Origin: Asterias rubens
Lineage: Eukaryota
NCBI RefSeq assembly: GCF_902459465.1
Contig: NC_047066.1
Location: 21,762,001-21,826,000 of the forward strand
Length of the DNA stretch: 64,000 nt
Direction: 5' to 3'
Every line of letters begins with the position of its first letter. Positions within the stretch are counted from its first letter, which is position 1. The position numbers and the translations under genes were made by a program. The notes below the pieces were generated by a model. That model ran no database searches. It had not been told where the DNA came from and worked only from the letters and a program-made list of their open reading frames with translations. Positions 14,001-24,351 of this stretch are shown here, piece by piece.

Positions 14001-17000
14001 GCAATATAGGTTTATATCACCATCATTCTGCGAATCTGATTGGAGGATTAGCACGTACTTGAAGACAAAAAACTATAAAGATAATGTTGAATGATGAATA
14101 TTTGTCTCTGTTTGATGCTGACTGGGTACCGTAAAAGGCACCCATCACGTGATATCATAAAAAAAGCTGACAACACATCTATTGTATAGTGCATCCCATG
14201 GTCAGAAAGTAGGAGGGTTGACTGTGTACTGTATGTATGCATTTACCAAGTAATTCCACCATGCACGCTGGCACAGTGCCCTAACCACATATGGCAATGT
14301 GGATTTTATGAAATGGTCGGACAGTAGGAGGTTTGACTGTGTATTTTTATAATACTATACTGCATGATCTGTCATTTTTAATCAATGTGGATGATATTAT
14401 TGTTTGTGTTTTATCATACATCAATGAGTGCTTAAAGGGGCTGTGTCGCCATGATCAAGAATGGCTGTACATGAAATTATGAACTGTCACTCATTAACTG
14501 CATGTGTGTTTGCTCAGCGTAGATATGAGGCAGAAGGAAGGCATGTTTGTAGTAACTGGGGTAAGGCCGAGTCACACTGCGGCGATTACGAAAAAGAGAA
14601 CCCATTCTATTGGTTGAGTTGCTCCACGCAGAATACGCATACGCTCATTCAACCAATAGAATGCCTTCTCTTTGCGTTGTGATTGTTTTCGTTTTCACTG
14701 CAGTGTGACTCTGCAGCCTTTAGATAGAGTTGATGTCATGCCACAAACCTGATCCTTTAAAGACTATTGGTAATTGTCAAAGACCAGTCTTCTCACTTGG
14801 TGTATATCAACATATGCATAAAATAACAAAGCTGTGAACATTTGAGCTCGATTGGTCGTCAGAGTTGCGAGATAACTATGAAAGAAAAAATACCCTTGTC
14901 ACATGAAGTTGTGTGCTTTTAGATGCTTGATTTTGAGACCTCAAATTCTAAACTTGAGGTCTCAAAATCAAATTCGTAGAAAATTACTTCTTTCTCGTAA
15001 ACTATGTCGCTTCATCGGGAGCCGCTTCTCACAACCATCAACCTCTCCCCATTACTCGTTACCAAGTGAGGTTTTATGCTGATAATTATTTTGAGTAATT
15101 ACTAATATTGACCACTGCCCCTTTAATCACTGCATACTTGCTTCCTGCAGGAATATGATAATTATGCGGAGTGGGATTTGAGAGATATCTACTTCCATAA
15201 TGAGGAAGATGAACTGTTAACCGGTAAGTGGAAAACCAAAGGTGTAAGCACGAAGAAGCCATTCAGAATAGTCAATGTTAGGACTTGCCCTTTTAATGTG
15301 CAAGGTTACATTGTCTTAAAGACGCTGGACACTATTGGTTTATTTGTCGAAGACCAGTCTTCTCACTTGGTGTATCTCAACATATACATAAAATAACAAA
15401 CCTGTGAACATTTTAGCTCAATCGGTCGTTGAAGTTGCGAGATAACAATGAAAGAAAAAACACCCTTGTCACACAAAGTTGTGTGCTTTTAGATGGTTGA
15501 TTTCGAGACCTCAAATTCTAAACTTGAGGTCTCGAAATCAAATTCCTGGAAAATTACTTCTTTCTCAAAAACTATGGCACTTCAGAGTGAGCCGTTTCTC
15601 ACAATGTTTTATACCATCAACCTCTCCCCACTACTCGTCACCAAGAAAGGATTTATGCCAATAAATATTTTGAGTAATTACCAATAGTGTCCACTGCCTT
15701 TAAACAGATTCAGGAAAAACAGTGAAAAACCACATGTTTTCACTGATTTTAAACAGTCAGATTTCAGACTCACAAGATCAAACTGTTTCAAGTTTTCTTT
15801 TCTTCACTTTGACCATCTTTTATTATTGTTTTTTTTTTTTTTTTTACTTCTCGCCACAAATTCTAAAATATTACTCGCACAAAAGAGAACAATTAAAATG
15901 TCAAATGGATATAGAGAAGGCACTGGACTTGAGGAGGAAATGTTAAATGTCAAACAATTTTTTTAAATTTTGGACAAGCAATTGACACAGGAAAGTTGCA
16001 AGGAAATCATAAACTGCATTTTTTTCTGCAAATCTGTGAACAATTATTTTCAATCTTTTCAATGTTGTGCACACCCTTTAAAGCCAGTGGACACTTTTAG
16101 TAAACAGTGTTGTCCAAGGCCCACACTTTGTGTATCACAACTTATCAAGAGAAGTCTTTCACCATTACCTTCTGTAAACCCTGTGAGTTATTTGTAAATC
16201 TGTGAACTTTAATTTTTTTTCTGTTCCGAAAGTGTATAATGGCTTTTACAGGTTTAACCAATCATGAAATGCTGGAATATCTCATATTTAATTAATATTT
16301 GGTGTCTCCATTTATGTTTCTACCTAGAATTAAAATTTGCTGCCGTCGACATCCATCAGTCCAGGAAAAAGGGACGACAGAGAAGAAAAAAGTAAGTCAA
16401 GTCTTTGTTGTTTGGTTTTATTCCAATCCATAGTCTGGAAATAAACTAAGGCCATGGCCTCCGTTGCTTGTTTCTCAGCTATTCACTAATTGCAGGCTGG
16501 CAAAGTTTGAAACATCTATTATTCAAAACAATGTTGATGATATTGAATAGTCAAACTGTAGGAAGGTTGACTTTGTACTTAATCTTCAGGTAAACTTAAA
16601 TCCTCAACTCTTATTTGTCAATCCAGAGAAACGAGATTGTGATATTAACCTATCGACCTATATTGCACTGCCGAGGAGTGAGTTCTTATTGTTCTCAAAG
16701 TTTTGAAAGATGGTCTAGGCATGATTAAGGTATATTGATTGTCTCTAAAGACACAAAAGCAAGATTTTGTTTTCACTCAAGTTTTTTGTCCAATTATTCT
16801 GAGAGGCGTATCATCATGGAGCATTTTTTCATAACGCTGTAATCCTGCCACTGCTGCCAAAAGATCCCAAAAAAGTACTCTGTTGGCCCTTTGATATACA
16901 TACCATTCAGATTGGTGTCCACGCACGAGTTGTACCACCAGCCTCCCTTGTGACGTACTGCGCAGTTGACGTCAGGTTTCAAATCATTCTCATTGTCTCG

Positions 17001-20000
17001 TGTAGAGAACTTCATACCTAAGTGCCATCCCAGGGCGTTCCCAGCGGTACTCTCCCGATTGTACGAGTCAAAGTGAATAGTGAAGTTGTCGCCCGTGATC
17101 TGCAAGGATTCATACTCGGCCCACGATTCATTTTTATACCAGTCTTCTAAAGTGACTCGAAGTTTCCACGGTCCGATGGACTCAGTCAGGGTGCGTAGGT
17201 TGTCGTTTCCTAGCCAGAATTCACCGGATAAGTTGCCGAACCCGATACGGTAGTCAGTCCAGCCTCGATCGAAGTCCTCACTGCCATCTTGTCGCCTCTG
17301 AATGACGGTCCAACCCTGACCATAAGTGTCCATGTCACAGTAGACTTGAAGGGTGTTGTTAAATCCTGTAGGAAGTATACTATAGATACCACTTTCAGTG
17401 TAACCTGTATCAAGAAGCTCCTGGCAACTGCTGTAATAACGCACAGAATCAAAGTACACATTGCCAAAGTGTGTAACAAAGTCATCAGGATACTGAGCCC
17501 TGGTCGTGTTGATTAACTCGCACAGATGATTGTCAATGTTGTAATTGACCGATTGGCACTGAGGATCAGCATGGCAGTAACTCACACAGACGACGTGAGA
17601 TTGGGCTACATACTGTTGATATGAAGCGACCTGTAATTGTTTATTCTGTGTAGTCAGAAATGGCTGAATCGTCATCTGTTTGTTACACGATAACACATCG
17701 AGTGTACTTATTCGATCCACAGTCATAATGAGCAATATTAAAAACAGTTGAAAGCTGTACACATCCATTTTCATGTGGAAGTACACTTGTTAAACAAGCC
17801 CTTCAATGAAGGAAAGAAAACTGATTTTGTTTGCCACTTAATTTTGTTCATGTGTTCTTGATGCCAGTTAGATTGAATGAAGTGTTCATTATGCCTTGCG
17901 CAAGAACCAATGTTTACTAAAAAGGAGACAGTATTTGGGAGTGCAGTACACGCAGCTATCGTAAGACTGCAAACTGAAATAGTGTACTTAATCTGTATCT
18001 TATTATAACACCAAAGCAAAAGTATGGAATGTAATGCACCCACTGTGGCAAGCAGTGATTGGCCAGTGCTTTATTCGGTTGAAGTCACTTACACTGCAAA
18101 CATGCAGGTTATAGCCAAATCAAAATGTGAGTACTAGCTAATTTTGCCAGTCATTAACAACATGGTCATTGATTGGATGTTGGCTGTCTCTGGGTTCATT
18201 AGAATATCAAGACCTTTACTAATGTAAGATGATTGGTGATTGGTCACTTGGCTTGTGCTCGGAGTAATAGTAATATTCTTTAGATGTACCGCAAGGCATT
18301 AATTAAGTCTGCCTCGCCACGAGCAGGTTCTGAAACAATTTTCCACTTGACTTGTCATCTTTTGTGGATGTAATATTCCATTTTGCAATTGGCTTGGTGA
18401 ATTTTCTTCCTACACTTACCAGACTTCAAGGTTGTGGCTACAGACTAATTGATTGATTGAAGCTGCGAGGCTATACAATAAGCGATGTGCGTGTGCATGG
18501 CATTGTTTGTGTTGGTAATCATATTTGGAGTGTGCCTACTCATGTTGATGCTTAATTTCATTGCCATTGTGTTACACCTATCCTTTTTCTCTGCTTGTCG
18601 CCAGACTGTTTGGGTTTAATTATGGCGATTCAGGTACCTATATATCCAAGCCTTGGGTTTTAATGGTTTTGTTTACACTTACTTACTTGCCATCCTTGTA
18701 ATTTCTAAGGGTTGCTCTAGAAACCGTTCCCTTGTCAACAGTTAGTTTGTTGTTTCACTGTTCCTAGGTTTTTCCAGAAGTTCAAATTTTATATGTCACC
18801 CTCTCAATTTCTCAAGAGACTTTCAAGGATAGAGGCTACAGCAGTTTGTTCGCTTTACGGTTTGTGCTCTTTAAAGTTGTACTGGTAACCATGAATGATC
18901 GTGAATTTACTTTGAACCTACATGTACCAACCTTTTGATTGATTTGAGGTTTTGTTTGCATTTTTGTAGGATCATAAGAGATTTTGGATTAGTGAATCTG
19001 GCAAAACAGACACGTAAGTATCAACTTTTTTTTTTTTTTTTTTTTTTTGCTAAAGTTGATAGAAATTTTATAGAATCAAAACTAAATGTTATATTATTTT
19101 CTTTGTGCTCATAGTGCAAGAGAGAACGCACACAGAGGCAGTGCGTAGCCTCTTCAACAAGTTGAGGCCGTTCGCCAGACTACACAACCCGCTAGCACAA
19201 GACAAACTTCTTGAAGGCTTGATATGTAAGTTCAACCCCCCCCCCCCCAGCACAAGACAAACTTCTTGAAGGCTCGATATGTAAGTTCAATACCCCCCCA
19301 GCACAAGACAAACTTCTTGAAGGCTTGATATGTAAGTTCAACCCCCCCCCCCTAGCGCAAGACAAACTTCTTGAAGGCTTGATATGTAAGTTCAACCCCC
19401 TCCCCCCTAGCACAAGACAAACTTCTTGAAGGCTTGATATGTAAGTTCAACCCCCACCCCCAGTCTTGTAGCGTTTCATCTCTTGACCCACTGCTCGCTT
19501 GGACTCGGTATTTGAGACTCGGCACCAGTGTTACCTTTTCCAGTCAAACGAGAGATGACCCACCTAGCTATTTGCACTGAAAGTCTTATGAATTTTTTGC
19601 CAATATCATTACCTTGCTTAGGCATTTGAAAGCATAAAAATTTGTGCACAAGGGTGTTTTTCTTTCATTATTCTCTTGCAACTTCGATGACCAATTGAGT
19701 CGAAGTTTTCACAGATTTGTTATCTAATGAAATGTTGAGATACACCAAGTGAGAAGACTGGTCTTTGACGATAAACAGACTGAAATGTATGACAGACTGA
19801 AATCCATGACGCAACCTTTAATACACATTGGTTTAAAGAAAAAAAATAAACAATTTAAGGTTGGTTTGCTGAACTAAATTTATGTAATTTATTTGTTATC
19901 AGATGAGCTTGATTTGAAGACAGAGATAGACAGATTGCAGGAATATCGCTCGAATGGAATCAAGAATATGATTGGTAAGAAACACTAGTTTATCATAAAA

Positions 20001-22422
20001 AATATGTTCATGGTAAAAGTGCCACCAGTGTGTGTGACCTGGTTCCTCCTGTCAGAATCTTCTCTTGCATACACTCTTGCTTTGCTGAGATACAGAACAA
20101 AGGGTCATCCCAACAGCTTTATTCCACTTACTTAATCTCTATGGCACTTCTTGCCTGGTGCATGTTTCCCTCCATCCTACAACCTGGACTGTTTAAGAGG
20201 AATGACAATTCCTACCTTCAGCTCCCCCTGAGTTGATTAAATAGTTTGTCTTCTTGTAACCCCAGACCAAGAGTGGCTTTTAGCCTTTTTTGTGGCAAAC
20301 TTGCATAAAAGTAACCAGGGGTAATATTGTTAGAAGCGCTTTGCGACGCCCCTTCGGGTGTGTAAAGCGCTATATTAAAACCTAGTTTTATTGTTATTTT
20401 ATTTTTTAAATATAAAACAAATTTAAAATTAACAAGTTTAGTTTTTCCATACTACTAAACTGTTCAGATTGGAAAGATCAAGAACCATTAGACTTTTGAT
20501 AGGATATTCCAATGATCACTGTGACCCTTGAACTTTGACCCCTGTAGGTGCTAGACTGTATGACAGGCTGAAAGTCAAGCGTCTGAAGAGAGAGAAGACT
20601 CATCATCTGACCAACGTACTTGCCACGAGTCAAGACCCAATCGCATGCAGGCAATGGTTGCTCCGCCAGGCTCTAGTGTAAGAAATATTCATCCTAATGA
20701 CAAATTTTTATTCTTATTCTAATATCAGTGAAATACTGAAAAATATATAGCGCTTCTGCATCCCATACCCATGGAGTATAACACCAAGTTGTGTATGGGT
20801 TACAGATGCGCAAAATTTTTCAGCACTCTACAAGTTGTGATAGCGAATTTATCTTCAAGTAGACCTCACCAACAGCTTAACACAATATTTTTTTCGTATT
20901 CCACGAGTGCGCGTGTTATAACAAATTTATCTTCCAGTTTTACGTACGTCAACGCGCAAAGTTTTCAAATTTCAGAGTGTTATTTCGCGACAACAGCATG
21001 CACGCACACAAAGTTTAGAATGTAATTTTTGCACTGTCCGTATACGGAGCGTGACGCATTGACATTCACAATATGCACTGTGTAATAAAAACAGAGGAAG
21101 TAGGATATATGTTTTTATCCTCCTAGTAGTTTGAGCATCTAATTGGTGGATTAGCGCGTACTGGAAGATAAAGGGTGATGGAGCAGCTGTACGTCTTGCA
21201 TTAAGCTTCAAATAGCTCCATCTGCAAGTTAAAACAGCACAATACACAGGGCTTACTGTATATGCTGGAGTTATTTAGTGGAATTGAGCTTGATCTTACT
21301 TTTCTGTTTCTAGTGATGCAGGACACACTGACCTACTGCCAGCCTTACCCAGTGGAGGTGAGTTTTGCCATACCAGGGTTCAAATGGAAATTATTTTCAA
21401 ACGGATTTTAGTTTGTGGTAAGTGCTCATGAAATTTAGCATATAATTTGTTCACATCCGGCTGTGTGTTTATGAATTTCAGGTCGAAAATCCGCACCACC
21501 GCTAGATCTGACTGGTTTCGCTGGTTATGAGCGACTCAGCGAAAAAGAACGAGAGGTTAGTTTTTAAACGGATCATAATCAAAGAAGGAAAAGGGATCTT
21601 CTAATGCTATTTTCTTGACTTTGACAATATTTCCTGTGAAAATTTTTAGGGATTGGTATAAGCTTTATAATCGGTGAGCTTTCAGATTGATACAAATCTT
21701 TTTTGATTGAAGTAAGAATTCCAGTACATTTGTCCCTCTTTGTATGCTGCACAATGGAAGTCCGGGATGTGAACATTCTGTTATTCTGAGTTAACACAAT
21801 TGACAGTTTGTTAAATCTATATTTTGCATTGCATATTAAAGAGTTCTGCCTGTTATTAAGTCAACTGTAGATAACCATAGTTATAGAGTATAATACCTAG
21901 CTCAGCCGCGCGTACATACGTGGGTTCTGGCATGGGGGCGTTCCCGCGTTCATCTTCTGCCAGCACGTTACATTTCGCGCGTCCATAGTGGTTTAAGGCC
22001 CATCTCCCCTGTTTTTGTTTATGTGCGCTACCACCAGCACCTAACTTTTTAGCACCTCCATGAAGAACCAGAAATGTTTGCTTACGGCTTATGGCGCGTA
22101 TGTACACGCGGCCGTTCTAGGTATAATATTCTATATCTATGTAGATAACAAGTTGAGAAAGGGTACACTCTACCTTTACTGTTTGTATTCTTCGCAGTAT
22201 AGTAATGATACGACTTTTATGACTTATTTCTTTTAGTTGTGTGCAACAGTACGCATCATTCCAGAGGCCTACTTTGAGTACAAACGCATCTTCCAGACGG
22301 AGTGTACCCGGGTCGGTCATCTCAAGCTCAAGCAAGCTCGTAACCTGATAAAGATTGACGTTAATAAGATCCGCAAACTCTTTGACTTCTTGGTCAAGGA
22401 GGGGCTTGTGAATACCAGCTAA
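5069..22422 (+). CDS. TADA2A: Transcriptional adapter 2-alpha (Ada2a, ATAC complex), 16 coding exons, 438 aa
   Basis: Exons 5069-5072, 7648-7772, 8074-8133, 9232-9323, 11412-11509, 12337-12387, 13173-13261, 15151-15223, 16328-16391, 18970-19013, 19115-19225, 19903-19974, 20548-20677, 21314-21357, 21482-21555, 22237-22422. All introns are GT-AG, the phases match, and the total is 1317 nt. Domains: ZZ finger (PPCPGCSTYLIEPYIRCMVCGP..CLQCF..H..HDY), SANT (WSAKDEKKLLEAIADCGIGNWQDVANQV), Ada2 box (DMAGYQPARGDFNTEYDNYAEWDL) and C-terminal SWIRM (LIKIDVNKIRKLFDFLVKEG). The PPCxGCSxYLxEPYIxC N-terminus matches the 2A paralogue rather than 2B. The 4-nt first coding exon is the least certain part. Confidence 0.95.
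6020..6160 (+). mobile_element. CR1-like LINE ORF2 C-terminal remnant
   Basis: Translates to YKYSFYPRTIRIWNRLP*, the typical SFxPRTIxxWNxLP motif. Confidence 0.65.
8187..8421. mobile_element. PIF/Harbinger-like MITE (GGGCCCAATTTCAT ends); relatives at about 23480-23645, 53975-54250 and 62975-63130
   Basis: Terminal repeats GGGCCCAATTTCATGGCTCTGCTTACC and GGTAAGCAGAGCCATGAAGTTTGGCC. Confidence 0.7.
8745..8852 (+). ncRNA. Candidate intronic C/D-box snoRNA, copy A (TADA2A intron 3)
   Basis: Box C ATGATGA at 8756-8762, D' CTGA, internal hairpin TGGGT..ACCCA, C'-like ATGATA, box D CTGA at 8840-8843, and terminal stem GATGTTG/CAATACATC. CTTGGCTGTGG at 8767-8777 is complementary to the 28S rRNA segment CCACAGCCAAG. 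Confidence 0.5.
9975..11380 (+). mobile_element. L2/CR1-type LINE 3' end (ORF2 C-terminus, 3' UTR, (ATT)n tail), interrupted by a MITE
   Basis: Translation ..PSYIANLLVPYAPSRTLRSS..YGDHAFSACAPKLWNALPNNIRRCSSLPLFKNLLKTHLFK* ends at 10260. The 3' UTR resumes after 11259 and ends in ATT repeats at about 11350-11380. Confidence 0.85.
10317..11259. mobile_element. hAT-like non-autonomous element nested in the L2 3' UTR
   Basis: Perfect 19-bp ends TAGGGCCACTGATTTTCCG/CGGAAAATCAGTGGCCCTA; GTTCTA directly repeated on both flanks; subterminal GAAACGGAA motifs. Confidence 0.75.
11546..11923 (+). mobile_element. TTAA MITE family copy (intron 5)
   Basis: TTAA|AGACAGTGGACACTATTGGTAATT ... AATTACCAATAGTGTCCACAGCCT|TTAA, i.e. 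terminal inverted repeats with a TTAA target-site duplication. Confidence 0.85.
12602..12709 (+). ncRNA. Candidate C/D-box snoRNA, copy B (intron 6)
   Basis: Box C at 12613-12619 and box D at 12697-12700; near-identical to copy A. Confidence 0.5.
13381..13488 (+). ncRNA. Candidate C/D-box snoRNA, copy C (intron 7)
   Basis: Box C at 13392-13398 and box D at 13476-13479; perfect internal stem TGGGTGC/GCACCCA. Confidence 0.5.
14082..14179 (+). ncRNA. Diverged C/D-box snoRNA-like copy D (intron 7)
   Basis: Box C at 14091-14097, D', hairpin and box D at 14167-14170 are retained, but both guide regions are changed. Confidence 0.35.
14563..14720. mobile_element. Small foldback MITE
   Basis: AAGGCCGAGTCACACTGC ... 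GCAGTGTGACTCTGCAGCCTT, with an internal ATTCTATTGGTTGA/TCAACCAATAGAAT hairpin. Confidence 0.6.
14760..15122 (+). mobile_element. TTAA MITE family copy (intron 7)
   Basis: Internal sequence matches the 11546 copy; the left terminal repeat is partly deleted. Confidence 0.8.
15320..15698 (+). mobile_element. TTAA MITE family copy (intron 8)
   Basis: Terminal inverted repeats and TTAA flanks are intact. Confidence 0.85.
16794..17774 (-). CDS. Secreted PAN/apple + fibrinogen-related domain (FReD; ficolin/MFAP4/tenascin-like) protein, single exon, about 326 aa, nested in TADA2A intron 9
   Basis: Intact ORF with first ATG at 17774 (second at 17768). Hydrophobic signal peptide (FQLFLILLIMTV); PAN cysteine pattern CVSYCHADPQCQSVNY..CEL; FReD motifs VYCDM..GWTVIQRRQDGSEDFDRGW..Y..GFG...GEFWLGNDNL, MKFSTRDNEND and GGWWYNSC...NLNG. 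Confidence 0.92.
   Translation of the reverse strand: MKMDVYSFQLFLILLIMTVDRISTLDVLSCNKQMTIQPFLTTQNKQLQVASYQQYVAQSHVVCVSYCHADPQCQSVNYNIDNHLCELINTTRAQYPDDFVTHFGNVYFDSVRYYSSCQELLDTGYTESGIYSILPTGFNNTLQVYCDMDTYGQGWTVIQRRQDGSEDFDRGWTDYRIGFGNLSGEFWLGNDNLRTLTESIGPWKLRVTLEDWYKNESWAEYESLQITGDNFTIHFDSYNRESTAGNALGWHLGMKFSTRDNENDLKPDVNCAVRHKGGWWYNSCVDTNLNGMYIKGPTEYFFGIFWQQWQDYSVMKKCSMMIRLSE
19195..19460 (+). repeat. Five tandem copies (about 51-55 bp) of the 3' end of TADA2A exon 11 plus its donor and a poly-C tract
   Basis: Unit AG-CACAAGACAAACTTCTTGAAGGCTTGATAT-GTAAGTTCAA-C(n); donors at 19226, 19281, 19332, 19386 and 19441. Confidence 0.95.
19650..19772 (-). mobile_element. Partial inverted copy of the TTAA MITE family (intron 11)
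   Basis: GTTGAGATACACCAAGTGAGAAGACTGGTCTTTGAC is shared with the 835-1187 copy. Confidence 0.7.
21884..22133. mobile_element. Inverted-repeat MITE in TADA2A intron 15
   Basis: About 37-bp imperfect ends TAGAGTATAATACCTAG..CCGCGCGTACATACG and their reverse complement. Confidence 0.6.
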
Positions 22423-22474
22423 CGTTAATTGGCCCTTTGGTAGATTTATATGTTTTGATTACCAGCTGATTTAA

Positions 22475-22808
22475 AGGAAATGGACACTATTGGTAATTAC
22501 TGAAAATAATTATTAGCATAAAACCATTGTGAGAAACGGCTCCCTCTGAAGTAATGTAGTTTTCGAGAGAGAAGTAATTTTCCACGAATTTGATTTCAAG
22601 ACCTTAGAATTAGATTTTGAGGTCTGGAAATCAAGCATCTGAAAGCACACAACTTTGTGTGACAAGGGTGTTTTTTCTTCCATTATTATCTCGAAACTTC
22701 GACGATCAATTGAGTTGAAATTGTCACAGATTTGTTATTTTGTGCATATGTTGAGATACACTAAGTGAGAAGACTGGTCTTTGACAATTACCAATAGTGT
22801 CCAGTGTC
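22475..22808 (-). mobile_element. TTAA MITE family copy in the TADA2A 3' UTR
   Basis: TTAA flanks at 22471 and 22809; orientation is opposite to the copies in introns 5, 7 and 8. Confidence 0.85.
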
Positions 22809-24345
22809 TTTAAAAGGTATCCTGACAGAATCATAGCAATGCGTCCACTGCCTGGGAAAACAAGTAAGCCTACAAGACGTGCGTCAACAAGACACGAAAT
22901 GTCTTCTTGGCTGACAGCATTCAAATTTACAAAGGTTAAAGAATTTAAAAATTCACAACAAAAGCTGGGTAACAGCATACATCAATAGAACAGAAAGGGT
23001 GGTTTGTATCTTATTTAAAAGTTTATTCAGAAGTGTTTTAGTTGTCAAATAATTTGATTCAAAAGTGTTAAGGATAAATGCATTCAAGTACATCTATTGA
23101 ACCATGTAAAAAGTGAAGTTGTTCTTTATTTATTCTAATATCATAGTACCACTCTTAGTAGAAAACTAACTCTTTGCAGATTTATTTTCTTCTTTAAACA
23201 TTGAAAAGTTTTGGTATGAAATTAACTTTTCCAAAAGCCAATGTGAACATTTTGAATGGTTCAATAGACTGACTTTAAACGGACTAGCAGGGTTGACATT
23301 TTCAGTGAATACTCAATGGGACTAGTTAGCTTATTATTTAACTGGTTCATCAGCTTTTTCACCGGTCCATTATTTAAGGGTTTTCTTTCAAAATGAAGTA
23401 ACATGAATGAGCAGTATTTTATATGCAGTGGTGGCAAGGCAATCAACTTGCCTGCCGGACTAGCAGTGTGTCTGATCCTCGAGTTCCAATTTCATAAAGC
23501 TGTTTATTAGCAGAAAATTCTGCTGGGCATATTTCCTTGCTAAGCAAGAAATGAGTGGGGTACCAGTCACAGCAATGGTAGCTGTATGGAATTCTGGCTG
23601 GTAATCTTATATTTTGTGCTTACAGGCTTTATGAAATTGGGCCCAGGTGTTTTCACTGGTAGGCCAGTAGAATTCTCAGTTAGCAAGAGCTAAGGAAACA
23701 CTTGCCAGTTTCAGATGTTGCTTTGGTATAAACTCATTGCTATCCCTCAGACTTGTCTGGTTCTGAATGTCTGAAAAACATTTTAAAATACCATGTTTTT
23801 GTATAGGTTGGATATTGTATAAAGGTGTGTGCAACACACATTCTGTATGACAGACTTAAAGGGGCAGGCCTGCTTAAAGGGGCAGTGACTTCATGATCAT
23901 AGTCTGCTTGTGGCTGGACCATAGAAACATGAACTCTAACCCAGTTACAACATGGTGCGTAGCAACCGTCACATCACAAACAAGAACTTTAAGAGTGCCG
24001 TCATTATTATCGCGCTTGCGTGCAATAACTGGGTTAGAGGTCAGAATTTAACGTCTGGCCACAGACATGCTTTGATCACAACACCATGCCCATTTAAGAT
24101 TTGACATTATTAGTCTAAGATTTTTGTTGCTGAATTCATGAATGGAACAAGATGTCAAATTGAATTTCAAGACTCACATTGCAGTGTGCTGTTTAAAAAT
24201 GCCAGGCTTTCTTATATTTCAACATTAATATCATAATTGCAAACTTTCATTTATGTAAATTGTATATATCTCCATAGCAATTATTATTGTAACAAACTGT
24301 ATGATATTTGGGTGTTCCTGTGATGTTTCACAGGAGTGAATTGTA

Positions 24346-24351
24346 AATAAA
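24346..24351 (+). terminator. Candidate TADA2A polyadenylation signal
   Basis: AATAAA followed by U-rich sequence at the end of an AT-rich, UTR-like stretch about 1.9 kb after the stop codon. Confidence 0.35.
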
